Below, piece after piece: positions 1-13,200 of a stretch of 64,000 nt of DNA. The translations under genes were made by a program, and so were the position numbers. This DNA is from Octopus vulgaris (taxonomy: Eukaryota). The notes beneath the pieces are model-generated. The model worked only from the letters and a program-made list of their open reading frames with translations, was not told the origin of the DNA and did no database searches. Position 1 is the first letter of the stretch; the number at the start of each line of letters is the position of its first letter. Where the stretch lies: contig OX597826.1 in the NCBI GenBank assembly GCA_951406725.2, positions 6,262,001-6,326,000 of the forward strand. The letters are read 5' to 3'.

Positions 1-568
1 GGGTTCTTGTAAAGACAAGGACATGGTATACAAAGGGAGAGATCTAGAAGCATTTTGGAGAGCCTACATGGCATTTGACACAATATGACGGCAAAAAGAG
101 TTCTCCATACTCTTTTCTATCAACAAGCCAATGACCAATATGGAGGCACACTAGGTCACCTTGACATCCACAATTTATCCAAGCACCCGAAGGACCCAAA
201 ACCCAGACAAATACAGGAGTACGTCTTCATGGAGGGAACATCTGTACTAAATACGAAATATACGTTGAAGGTAGTCACATTCCAATAACCTCACTATATA
301 TACACACAGGTAGAGTTGTTAGTAGGCTGTTATACAGAGAAATGTATATGTATATATGTATATGTGTATGTGTGTATGTGTGTGTGTAGGTAAATGAATA
401 TGTAAGTAAACAGATAAACAGATAGGTACATAGGTATTACGGACTGACGGCACACACAAATACATATGCACACATACAAAGACACACTCACACACAAACA
501 CATGAATATGCAGAATACATACATATGCAAACGTACACACGCATATATATATATATATATATATACAT

Positions 569-880
569 GAGCGTCGAGCTTACGATCGTGAGGTTGTGAG
601 CTCGAATCCCGGACCGGGCTGCGTGTTGTGTTCTTGAGCAAAGCACTTTATTTCACGTTGCTCCAGTTCACTCAGCTGTAGAAATGAGTTGCGACGTCAC
701 TGGTGCCAAGCTGTATCGACCTTTGTCTTTCCCTTGGATAACACTGGTGGCGTAGAGAGGGGATGCTGGTATGCATGGGCGACTGCTGGTCTTCCATAAA
801 CAACCTTGCCCGGACTTGTGTCTAGGAGGGTAACTTTCTAGGTGCAATCCCATGGTCATTCATGACCGAAGGGGGTCTTA
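569..880 (+). mobile_element. tRNA-derived SINE family A (5'-clipped)
   Basis: B-box-like 'gagctcgaatccc', central 'ttcttgagcaaagcactttatttcacgttgctccagttcactcagctg', tail 'catgaccgaagggggtc'; related copies at 23789-24186 (+) and 54187-54456 (-). Confidence 0.85.
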
Positions 881-888
881 AGAGAAGA

Positions 889-1280
<392 letters not shown>

Positions 1281-1569
1281 TATATATATACGTATATATA
1301 TATATATATATATATATAATCAATATATATATATATATGTATGTATGTGTATATTTATATGCATACACAATCAGGCACATACACGCATACACACACATAA
1401 ATACATACATATGTGTATACACATCCACCGTGACGCACACAGATGCGCATAAATATGAAACCAACGAAAAGAACGCCGCTCTGATAATAGACCGAGTCAA
1501 CGTCTATTGAAAAGGTTGCATGTTTAAGGCACCGATAATACCGCGCCTTAAACTTTAGTTTAATATAAT

Positions 1570-1781
1570 AAAAAACAAAAGAGAACAAAAACAAAACAAT
1601 TCAACAACGCGAGAACGTGGTATATGTGAATTATTAGCAGACGCTCAGGGAAGAAAATAAATATGGTTCAACGTATCGGGCGGACGCGCTTCTTTGGAAA
1701 CAAAGGAAAGTTCAATAGAAGGGAAGACGAAGGAAGAAAATTGCCAACGATTAACATGTGGTTACATTTTGAAATGACCGG

Positions 1782-1785
<4 letters not shown>
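1570..1785 (-). mobile_element. Decayed Penelope-like pLTR fragment
   Basis: Aligns with 37275-37500 and 54460-54680 ('caacaacgcgagaacgtgg', 'aaaattgccaacg'); HHR region degenerate; abuts (TA)n. Confidence 0.5.
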
Positions 1786-1814
<29 letters not shown>

Positions 1815-2711
1815 ATTGTTATGTAATAATTCTGTATTTGTACTACGTACAGTGACATCTGGAAAGGTTGTTGCATATGTATACTTAATACTTCTAGGCA
1901 GAAGATTTAAGCCGGTCAGTGAACTGAACCTCAGAGGAGAATAACATCTCCCTTTTATGACGACGGTGTGTTCAACACACTCGTCTCATTGACACACGAC
2001 ATTCCAGGTCAGCGGTACTGCAATAGTTGCCATGTTGCGTCTCTTCAACCAAAGGCAGCTTGGAATTCGAGCCTACACGCACGCACACGCACACACACGC
2101 ACACACTCACATACTTACATAGATACATATATACATATACATACACAGACACACACGCACACATATGCAATGGAAAATAAACTTTACTGTACGGTTCTGT
2201 TACTACATATTTCTCGCTCAGAGATTTAAAGATAGTCGTTTTTCTCCTTAAGAAATGAGCGACTGCGTGTCGCTTTTAAAATATACACTGGAAGAGCAAG
2301 AGATTGCTATCTCTAGCTAGCGGTTGTCCTGTACCAAGGAAGGGAAATTACCCGGATACCATTGGCCTACAGGTATCGCTACGGTTATAAAGTGGGTGGT
2401 AGACACCCCTGCTAACAGTATACAGATTCATTGTCGGTAGCTAGCTGGAAAAGATGGTCTTTTGCGGCTAAAATGTTGTAACATCGCCCTACGTAGGCCT
2501 AACACGTGGCGTTGGCAAATAGAATTTAATATATATATATAAGCATCTTGATGTATGTATTAAATAAAATACGCTGAATCCAATGTCCACTGAACTATTC
2601 GAATTATACGTTGAAGAGTTAACACACAGAAGCTTATGTATATCTGTGTGAGCGTATATCTGCGTATAAGTATGTGCCTATATGCAGACATTTATTCATA
2701 TGAATAATATA

Positions 2712-2945
2712 TATTTCTTTGCTACCCACAAGGAGCTAAACACAGAGGGGACAAACAAGGACAGACAAACGGATTAAGTCGATTACATCGATCCCAGTGC
2801 GTAACTGGTACTTAAATTATCGACCCCCAAAGGATGAAAGGCAAAGTCAACCTCGACGGAATTTGAACCCAGAACGTAACGGCAGACGAAATCCGGCTAC
2901 GCATTTCGCTCGGCGTGCTACCGGTTCTGCCAGCTCGCCGCCTTA
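2712..2945 (-). mobile_element. tRNA-derived SINE family C, full length
   Basis: Reverse complement starts 'taaggcggcgagctggcag', B box 'gggttcaaattcc', core 'ctttgcctttcatcctttgggggtcgataa'; decayed ~22-bp TSD (atttattcatatgaataatata / atttattcagataaatattata). Confidence 0.9.
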
Positions 2946-3571
2946 TTTATTCAGATAAATATTATATCTCATTTATTATTTAGAAGTTTGAAATTGAACA
3001 TTCGTTCAGTCTCGTCAATGCTACATTTACGCACTTGTGCTTTCATTCAGTGAAAATGCATATATTTTATACCTACACGTACTGTTCGTCGACTACATCT
3101 ACTTAGGTGCCAACAGTCATTTAATGATGTACATCTTCCTGTTACACACATCGAAAGCGTGATGGATGAATAACATATACATTGAAACACAATCACCGAA
3201 GCTTTCCCTCTATATATATATATATATGTGCATGTGAGTGTGCATGTACGAGTATGTAAGTATGTATGTATGCATATCATCACATCACTAATATGAAAGG
3301 ATACATAGACTAAATTAAAACTTATATTAAAGGCAACGATTGACAAATATACGTGCTTTCATTAAACGCTGGAAGTTATATATCATTGCTAATGTTCGCC
3401 GAAATATTTTACAGTTTATGCAATTCCGTTTACGAGACAGATTTCATTTTCAATTTTTTTTTTTCTTGCATTCAAACACCATTCATCAGAAATTTTATGA
3501 TTTTGAGTAGTTTCTTTCTCAGCTTTGGGGGCTAATGTAACGAAAAAAACAAACAAACAGACAAACAACAA

Positions 3572-3613
<42 letters not shown>

Positions 3614-3891
3614 GTACATATATATAAATGTGTGTGTGTGTATGTATGTATGTATGCATATATACATACATATATTCATATGTGCGCATATTGATGTATG
3701 GATCTCTCTTATTCTCTCTCCCTTCTATCTCTCCCTCTGTACCTAAATATATATATATATATGTATATATACACAGATGAATACGCATATATATATATAT
3801 ATACATATATACTTATATATACATTTATTTATATATATATATATATAAGTATATATGTATATATATATATATGTGTGTGTGTGTATGTATG

Positions 3892-3949
<58 letters not shown>

Positions 3950-3980
3950 TAGATAGATATATATATATACACACACACAC

Positions 3981-4035
<55 letters not shown>

Positions 4036-4832
4036 GTATATGAATGTATGTATGTAAATGTATAAGCGGAGAGAGGAAAATGGAGAGTGAAATTGCAGAG
4101 TGTGTCTATATATTTCTATGTGTGTGTGAGTGTGAGGGTGTTCGCATGTATGTATATATGTATGTTTCAATACTGACAAAGCTAGAGAATCAAGCAGTTA
4201 TGCGAAACTTTGTGAGACGCCGAAATATAGACTTTAATTCCAATTCCTTTCGCTGACCATAAACATATAATTAAGGAAACACTTTTATATGTTTGTGATA
4301 TTGGTGTGGCTATATAAATTTGCCTTTGAGGACAAAGTTTCTACATACGTATATACGTATGTATGTATGTACATTGAGACGTATGATTGTATAAAAAGCT
4401 ACAGTTACAAACTTACATGAAATATGAGTGGCTGCAACGGAAATGTTAGAGAATATAAAACTAGTTTCTGTTTTATGTTGTGAATTATATGGAAAAGAAA
4501 ACACAAATATCAAAACGCAGAAAAATTATGAAGTTCTTTTAAAACTTTTCTAAATGTTAACTGAAATTTATGTTCTGAAGTCATTAACTACAGATATGGT
4601 AGTTACTATTTATGAGCAACTGTTGGAGATGCTAGGAATACAATATATTTAAATCTAGTTCAAAGGTTGTGACTAAGTACTAAATACATTATTTGAACTA
4701 CGGGTTTTGTGGTATCACTAATTTGTCACATAAAATATATACGTTACTTCTTGCATCCCTTAACAAATTAGAATCAGCGTAGAAAGATATAAACAGCGAC
4801 GCACATACACAATCACATACGGTGGTGTATGA

Positions 4833-5030
<198 letters not shown>

Positions 5031-5209
5031 CATATACTTGACTGATAAAATTATTGATTAATTATCGGGCCATGGATGTTGGAGACCAACAAATTGTGGT
5101 TTGCCACGATCACTTAGCAGATCATATTACTATATAGATATATGTGTGTGTGTGTGTGTGTGCAGATATATATATATATTAATATATATATATATATATA
5201 GATATAGAT

Positions 5210-5256
<47 letters not shown>

Positions 5257-6199
5257 TGTTTCTTTATTAGCCACACAGGGCTGCACACAGATAGAACAAA
5301 TTACAAAGTAGAGCTTTTCTTTTGAAGGTTTAAAAAAAAAAAAAAAAAAGGAAGGGGGGAGTTTCGATCAAAAGGGATCGTAAAAGGAGAGAAAGAGGAC
5401 AAAAAAAGGGGGGTTAAGAAAAAAGGGGGGAGAGAAAAAAAAAAAAAAAAAAAAATTGATCAATAGGGATCGTTATCACAGAAATGTCAATATGAAGTGT
5501 AAAGGGGAGGACAGGTGAGGTTTACCCGTGGAAAGAAAAGCCTACGGAAAAGACCACGGTAACCTCGGTCAATGAAGTCACATTTTATATTTCTTTTTTT
5601 TTTTTTTTTTTTTTGCAAATAAGCAACTCTCTGTTTTCGATTTCTGGGTTCATAGGACTATGCTCAAGGTGGCTTCGTCATTCATACGTGCCATTCTTGC
5701 TACATTCACCCATCTTTTTTTAAAACATTCGCTAGACAAAACTTGCCTCTCTACTCTCACTTTCCTTTTCAAGTGGTACTTGAAGAAGTTGATGAGAGAT
5801 TGACCAGAGAGGAAAGTGTTTGTCTCCAATCCTTTCAGACGCGTCCACCAGATACATTCCTTCGCCATAGCCACAAGGATGATGAAAATAGCTCTTCCTT
5901 CCCGTTTGAAGGAAGGAGGCGTGACAATATTGACGATAGACTCAGCTGATAAACCGACTCGTCCCACACGTGACAGCAGTTGTTCGACATAAGCCCACAG
6001 GTCGGAAATTGTTGGACACTGAACGAGTGCGTGCAGAACGGTTTCGTCGCTCTGACCGCATCTCGGGCAGGTCGGCCCCGTGTTTCTCGAGCCGTGTCTG
6101 TAGAGCTTATCCCGAACGGGTAGCGCTTCTCGGTAGCACTGCCAGGCCAGGGATCTCTGGAAGTTGTCCATGGGCCCTGGCCCGAAAGTCGTCCTGAAC
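5257..6199 (-). mobile_element. 5'-truncated Tx1/L1-clade non-LTR retrotransposon (ORF2 C-terminus plus 3' UTR)
   Basis: Coding segment with zf-RVT-type CPRC..ETVLH....C motif; 3' UTR with AATAAA just before the end; (GATA)n arrays on both sides. Confidence 0.85.
5650..6199 (-). pseudogene. LINE ORF2 C-terminal CCHC (zf-RVT) region, open to the truncation point
   Basis: LAWQCYREALPVRDKL...TCPRCGQSDETVLHALVQC...AKECIWWTR matches typical L1/Tx1 ORF2 tails. Confidence 0.8.
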
Positions 6200-6266
<67 letters not shown>

Positions 6267-6854
6267 CATGCGAGTGTGCGACCGAATGCCTGCAGCCACG
6301 TTAGTTTATTTGTAATAACGTATTTTGAAGTATGAAAACATTTTGGCAAACGTCTGAACTTATCTTGCTTACAAAAGATGGCTGCATCTATAAAACATGA
6401 AATATATGGATAAACGTTTATCAGTTTCGTTATTGAATATGTCTGCAAAATATCCCATTGTGGATACGAATGTATGTATGTATGTGTGTGTACATGTGTA
6501 TATGTAGGTAATGGTGTGCATGTGTCAGTGTATGTATTATGTGCCTGTGTGGTTGTGAATGCACGCGCATTTTTGTGCAAACATTTATTCTACCTCACAT
6601 TTTGATTGACCCCGGAAGTTGGAAAATTGTGGAATTAAAAGACTATTGGACTTGTCAGAAACTGTAACTAGTAATTTTAGTAGAGTTCCTGGATACTGAC
6701 TTATGCATACATGATTCAAGCAAGCATCATAGCCTAAGTGCGATATCTCATCCATCTGGACGTTCTTGCTTTCGTATTGATAATATTTATCTTAAAACAT
6801 CCTATAGTAAGAAATTGAATAATTAATGTGAGCAATATCTAATATCACTGCCAG

Positions 6855-7265
6855 ATTCTTTTCTACACTAGGCACAAGGCACGAAATCTTTGGAGAGGTA
6901 GGGCAGTGAATTAGATCGACCCCATTACGCAACTGGTACTTAATATATCGACCCTGAAGGGATGAAAGGCAAAGTCGATCTCGACAGAAATTGAACTCAG
7001 AACATAACGGCAGGCGAAATACGGCCACGCATTTCGCCTGGCTTGCTAACATTTCTTATTTCTTTAAGGGGGCTAAACATAGAGGGGACAAATAAGGAAT
7101 AACAAATGGATTAAGTCGATTATTTCGACCCCAGTATGCAACTTGTATTTAATTTATCGACACTAAAGGGATGAAAGGAATTTGAACTCAAAACGTAGCG
7201 GCAGACGAAATACCGCTAAGCATTTCGACCGATGTGCTATCGTTTCTGCCAGCTCGCCGCCTTAT
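6855..7265 (-). mobile_element. Two tandem SINE family C copies with different tails
   Basis: Two 'gatgaaagg...gaactca' cores; the first has an alternative tail 'ctaggcacaaggcacgaaat'. Confidence 0.8.
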
Positions 7266-7929
7266 AGTCGTACCAGATTCACGTTATAGTACCATGCTGA
7301 AGAATAATCTATAGAATGATTCATCTGTAGTAACCTCAGTGTGAAATAACTTCCTGGTTGCAGCAGTGTTAAATAACATTAAATCGAAATTTAAAGTAGG
7401 ATAAATTGAATTATAACACTAATAAACAAATAACTCATATGTAGCTCAGGCTACAGGAATCGAAGAAAATAGTAGTAGTTCAAATAATGATTACGGATGT
7501 CGCAAATTGGCTTAATCTGCATGTAAATTAGAAAGTTAGATAATTACCTCAGAAGACGGTAGAGCAGGAAATAGTGTAGTATCAAATATAATAAGCACTG
7601 ATAATACCGTGACATTCACAAGCATATCACAGCAGTAATTATAATTCTTATGATATTAATCATATACATAGCAAGATTCACCTTAATAAGGATGATATAA
7701 TAAGAATATCAGATGTGATGATGTGATACCAGGATAATGATTTCAAATATAAACCAGTAGTGCTGACCACTTGTTGAATTCATGAGAAATCCGAGTGGCA
7801 GAATATCCTATTTCACAGAATGAGGTAATATGTATATGTGTGCACCTGTGAAGGTGTTTTCAGTATATATTCGTGTGTATGTATATCATATATATATGTG
7901 TGCGTGTGTTTGTGTGCATGTGTGTATGT

Positions 7930-8076
7930 GTGCAGGTGCAAGCTTGTTTCTGAACAACATGCTTCTGGGTTCAGTCCCACTGCGTGGCACCTTCGGCAAG
8001 GGCCTTCTAGTATAGCCTCGGGACGACCAGATGTTTGTAAGTTGAATTAGTAGACAGAAACTGAAAGAATGGCCTC

Positions 8077-8080
<4 letters not shown>
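7930..8080 (+). mobile_element. SINE family D head
   Basis: 'gggttcagtcccactgcgtggcacctt...tatagcctcggg...tagacagaaactgaaagaa' matches 42843-43010. Confidence 0.75.
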
Positions 8081-8125
<45 letters not shown>

Positions 8126-9838
8126 TACACATATATATATATATATATATATATAAAGAAAGATAGAGAGAAACAGAGAGACAGAGAGACAGAGAGACAG
8201 GGAGATAAACAAGTTGCATAAATCTGGATGACAGATATGTAATTCTTCTACGTGTTGATCAAATATTTCATGCAAGAATTATGCTTTGTGAAGTTTTCCT
8301 AGTATTCTATTACCCTACTTTCCATCATTACATGATTAATTAGAGCATCTTACAACTCTGTACAATGTGCGATTAAAATACCATTCTTGCTTTCTAACTA
8401 ACCCAAACATTGAAACCTGTTGAAATATGATATTCACTTAACAAAAACGCATATTTCCTCTAAAGATTTTCTCTGGAGCAACCTTAATATTCCTTTTTTT
8501 TTCTTTTATACTCCTTTTTCATATTTAGTATGCATTTGTGTTATAATTCTCAGATTTCGTTCACATAACTCTCCCCTACTTTCCTGACATTCTTATAATT
8601 GATTCACTTATTTTTTCCCCCTACTTTCGAACAGTTTATGATTTTGTTTTCCTATTGTTAAACCAACACAAATACATTTTAGTTCCAATAACATATTTAT
8701 ATTGATAATCTACAATAACTGAAATGTGATTGTTTTTTTATGAACATGATAACAAATCTCATATTTGTTTTACTCATTTTGTAGCCGCTGTGTTTATATG
8801 AAACCATAATGTTTATATTACACTGTAAACCTAGCGTGTTATTGATTACGATATAATCTTTTAATCTGACTATATTACCATACATATTTTCTTTTGCTCA
8901 ATCACTGTCCTTCCTACACAAATTCCATTCAATCTATCTATCGTTCCTTTTCTAACTCTTGCGGGGAACAATGCATTAAATTGATTCTTGGAAATGAAAT
9001 CGTTGGGAAAAGAGGCAGAAAACTAGAAAGCAAAGATGATCGCTTAGTTTCAGGAAGTTCTAGGTGTCCATACTCATAATAATATAATCTAGCTTCCAAA
9101 TAAATGGACAGTTTTTGGATAGAGGAATGCATTCTGAGAAGTCTCAGTGCATATGTCAAAGGCTTATGTTAGCAGATATGCGATTAATCATGTGTGAAAA
9201 TGAAGCTAAATTCTTCAAGTATGAAATAAGTGGATGGGAAAATCACTGGTGTATGATAAGGAGGAAATCCATATTTCATCAATACAACGTCTAAGCTAAG
9301 GAAAACACTGCTTACATTGCGAAAGCATGAAGGAAAAGATCAAATAAATGGAGGAATGGAAATGGAGGGATGAAATCGAGCAGTTAAGGATAGAATGAAG
9401 TGAAGAATGTATAATAAACGAAGGCAGCAGTGAATGAAATATTGAAAGAAAAATGATAAGAAAATACTAGAGAGAAGCGAGGTACGTACACCGAGTGAAG
9501 AAAGATAGAAAGAAAGAAAGAAAGAAAGAAAGAATGCAAGCTTGAGAAGATGAATATTAAAAAGGAAAGAAAAAAAGCAATAACGTTAATATGTGGAAAC
9601 ATACTCTTACACACACACACATACACACCCACACACACACACATACACACCCACACACACGAACAACATCACGCACACACACGCATGGCCTACACTTGTA
9701 TATATATTTGTACGTACATGATATTTTTCATACATACATCATACATATTTGCACAAATATATTCTTTATTTTATTTATTCTTACGATTCATATAATTGTA
9801 TACATATATACGTGTGTGTGTATGTATATATATATATT

Positions 9839-9869
<31 letters not shown>

Positions 9870-10079
9870 ATAAGTATACACACACACTCATTAACTAATG
9901 CGCGCGCACACACTTATATGTGTAAATATGTAAATATATATATATGTGTACATGCGTGTGCACATTTGCATTGAATAACAGTGAGCCCTTGCATAGAAAT
10001 AATTGACGCACAAAAGTTTTTACCAGGACAGTAAAATATATTTTTCAGATTCTAAAAGATGCTAACACCCTGAAGATGA

Positions 10080-10330
10080 AAGCTGATACCGTCCAAGCTG
10101 TCCCACATCTTTGGGTTTGCTGATGCTTAAACTATGAACATCACCTGTCCGCAACCGAAAAGACTATTCTAATTTGTCTTCTGAAGTCAATCTGCAACCT
10201 ACTTGGAACTTACTTCCTTATAAGTCACTCTTTACGCACGTCTCCTTTTACCAACCGCTACATTTTCTAATACATCTTGGAATTTGTTGTTCTTGAGACT
10301 GCTTTACTTATCGTCCGTCCTGCTGTCGCC
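10080..10330 (-). mobile_element. Possible decayed RTE-clade LINE 3' end
   Basis: Minus-strand translation VLENVAVGKRRRA*RVTYKEV resembles the RTE C-terminal G.R.RGR...W motif. Confidence 0.3.
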
Positions 10331-11149
10331 AGCAATAATGCATCATTCTCTCAGCCCGATTACTTTATCCACTAGTTATCATAAATTATGTACAAACGTA
10401 TAGCAACTATCTTAGCCTTCCACACAACTATACCGAAACATATAGCTTCGTTGCATATTATTTAGAATTACGGTAAGATAGTTTCATATACGTACTATAA
10501 ACGTAACGGCACAAATTCTGTATTCAACATAATTCCCATTAAACCATCATTGAAATACCACAGACCACACTCTACATGCACTACATGATTTGCAGGAACA
10601 ATTTATAAATCGAAAATTCATTGAGTTTGTTTCATAGAATCAGCGAAAACGAGTAAATGACTATGAGATTAAACGTTTCCAAACTTACATGATAAAGAGA
10701 AATTTAAAAAAAAACTGAAAGTATTTCAATAGAAATACATAACTACACTGGAGACTTCGACATTACCTAAACATATAAACATATAACTACCAAAGTAAAA
10801 CTGATAAAGAACGAAATACACAAGGTCAAAATATTTAAATAAGTGCACGGTTGAAGAGTCAAACAGTTATTGAATGTAAAAATTAATGCCAGAAATAAGA
10901 TAGTAAATGGAAATAGGTTAACTCTCATAGCGATAAAGTAGAACTTCACCATAAATTTTAAATTAAGAGATTACATACAGGAAATATTTGGAAGCCATCA
11001 TTCCAAAGCGGGGTGCGATAAAAATAGAAAATAGTTACACAAATTAATACTTAAAACTCACTGACATGTGTTTGTGTGTGTGTACATATATATGTATATA
11101 CATATGTATATATTTATATTTATATTATATACACACACACATACAGTAG

Positions 11150-11332
11150 AAATGTATAGAAAAACAAAAGACGGAGATAGGTGTATGAAGAACAAGCAAG
11201 TGTATTAGTTTGACTCTCGGGAAAATGAAAAAGTCTTTTACATTTCGAACCTGCGCTCATCAACAGAAAGGAAATAAGAGAAAATGAACAGAGAGAGAAT
11301 GAAAAAACACTCGTAGATTTCAGCGCTCTAGC
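11150..11332 (-). mobile_element. Penelope-like pLTR fragment
   Basis: Similar to 56565-56768; contains an HHR-like motif; embedded in (TA)n/(CA)n. Confidence 0.6.
11235..11270 (-). ncRNA. Minimal type-I hammerhead-like motif, A6U core
   Basis: CUUU-CUGUUGA-U-GAGC(GCAG)GUUC-GAAA-UG-UA-AAAG. Confidence 0.55.
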
Positions 11333-11380
<48 letters not shown>

Positions 11381-11409
11381 ATGCATGTGTGTGTGTGTAT
11401 ATATATATA

Positions 11410-11464
<55 letters not shown>

Positions 11465-11492
11465 TCATATATATATATATATATATACATTC

Positions 11493-11576
<84 letters not shown>

Positions 11577-11634
11577 TATTACATTATATTATATTATATT
11601 ATATTATATTATATTATATTCTTTTAATTCTTTT

Positions 11635-11805
11635 ACTTGTTTCAGGCATTTGACTGTGACCATGCTGCAGCACCACGTATAGTCGAAGAAATCGCACCCC
11701 CTCGGGACTTATTTTTTCTAAGCCTAGAACTTATTCTATGGTACTTTTTACCCGAACCCCCAGGATGTGGGGACGTAAACACACGAACGATGATTGTCAG
11801 GCGAT
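11635..11805 (-). mobile_element. SINE family D 3' module
   Basis: 'tttgactgtgaccatgctgcagcacc...ggggacgtaaacac' matches other family D tails. Confidence 0.7.
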
Positions 11806-12085
11806 GTATGACCCCTTTGAACAGCCATATGTCTCTCTAGTTCCGAAATCGACTTTCAAGCCCTCTCACACACTACCGTCGTCGAATAAGCTGCTGTAGG
11901 TTGAAGGACGCTATATGCATACGTTTTGGGGACATCAGATGATTGGCATACCACGTCTTGAAATGGTGTAAACGCTACAAACGTCTTACAACTTCTCTTT
12001 TTACGCTTTCTCTACTCAGTTCTTTCCAAAGGGTTCTTTTTTCATTGATCTGCGGTCGCTCCAGTTTACACGTAAATCATGCATG

Positions 12086-12137
<52 letters not shown>

Positions 12138-12786
12138 GAGTGCGTGTGGAAATATGTATGCATCTATATACAGTGAAGGATGTTTGCATAATGCAGATGT
12201 TATTGTCATGCATTATATGTCACATTAATTATTTCTCACATTACACGAAAGTCACCCAGTACATTATCGGTGATATTCCAGCAGGCCCCATATATCTCAT
12301 CGAGATTTTATCATGGAATGTAAAAAGCCGTAACCAAATTCAGTAAGACGTTTAATCTGCGGTTTTCCCATTTTTGATATTCCACTTCCTTCCTCTTAAA
12401 AACAATTATACAGCTACTAATTTGACAATCAGACCTTTATCTTTCCTGATACTACATACATACACCTGTCTACATAAAGCTCTTTGGAGATATAATCATT
12501 TCATTTCGTATTGTCAAACTATGTGCGATTAACTTTATATTCACAGCTCCACATTTTATTTCCGTGCATCGTACTCTTTCGTCAATTTGAAGTAACAACA
12601 GTCCTTTTCATTAACATATCTATTGCTGTTATCTTTGTAATCCTCTCAATCTCGTATACTCGAATCACTTCTCATGAAACAGTTTTTCCCTTTCCTCATT
12701 GGCATTCTAATTTGAATAAGTTTCTTTCTTCCATACTGTATACATTCGTGTTACTTCACCATTTAGGTGAATGATGTATGTGCTGA

Positions 12787-13200
12787 AAGGCGGCGAGCTG
12801 GCAGAAACGTTAGCACGCCGGGTGAAATGTGTAGCCGTATTTTGTCTGCTGTTACGTTCTGAGTTCAAATTCCGCCGAGGTCGACTTTGCCTTTCCTTTC
12901 GGGGTCGATAAATTAAGTACCAGTTACGCACTAGGGTCGATGTAATCGACTTAATCCGTCTGTTTCTCATTGTTTGTCTCCTCTGTGTTTAGCCCCTTGT
13001 GGGTAGTAAAGAAATGGCTATTTCGTCTGCCGCTACGTTCTGAGTTTATATTCCGCCGAGGTCGACTTTGCCTTTCATCCCTTCGGGGTCGATTAAATAA
13101 GTATCAGTTACGCACTGGGGTCGATATAATCGACTTTATCAGTTGTCTGTCCTTGTTTGTCCTCTCTGTGTTTAGCACCTTGTGGGTAGTAAAGAAATAG
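12787..13200 (+). mobile_element. Tandem dimer of SINE family C
   Basis: Full copy at 12787-13016 followed by a 5'-truncated copy; both end 'gtgggtagtaaagaaat'. Confidence 0.9.

Noticed and set aside
1-288. 67-aa ORF or LINE remnant at the window start
   Set aside because: No recognisable motif; truncated by the window edge
4170-4225. Hammerhead-like 'ctgacaaagc...gcgaaac'
   Set aside because: C3/A8 mismatch and no helix I or III pairing
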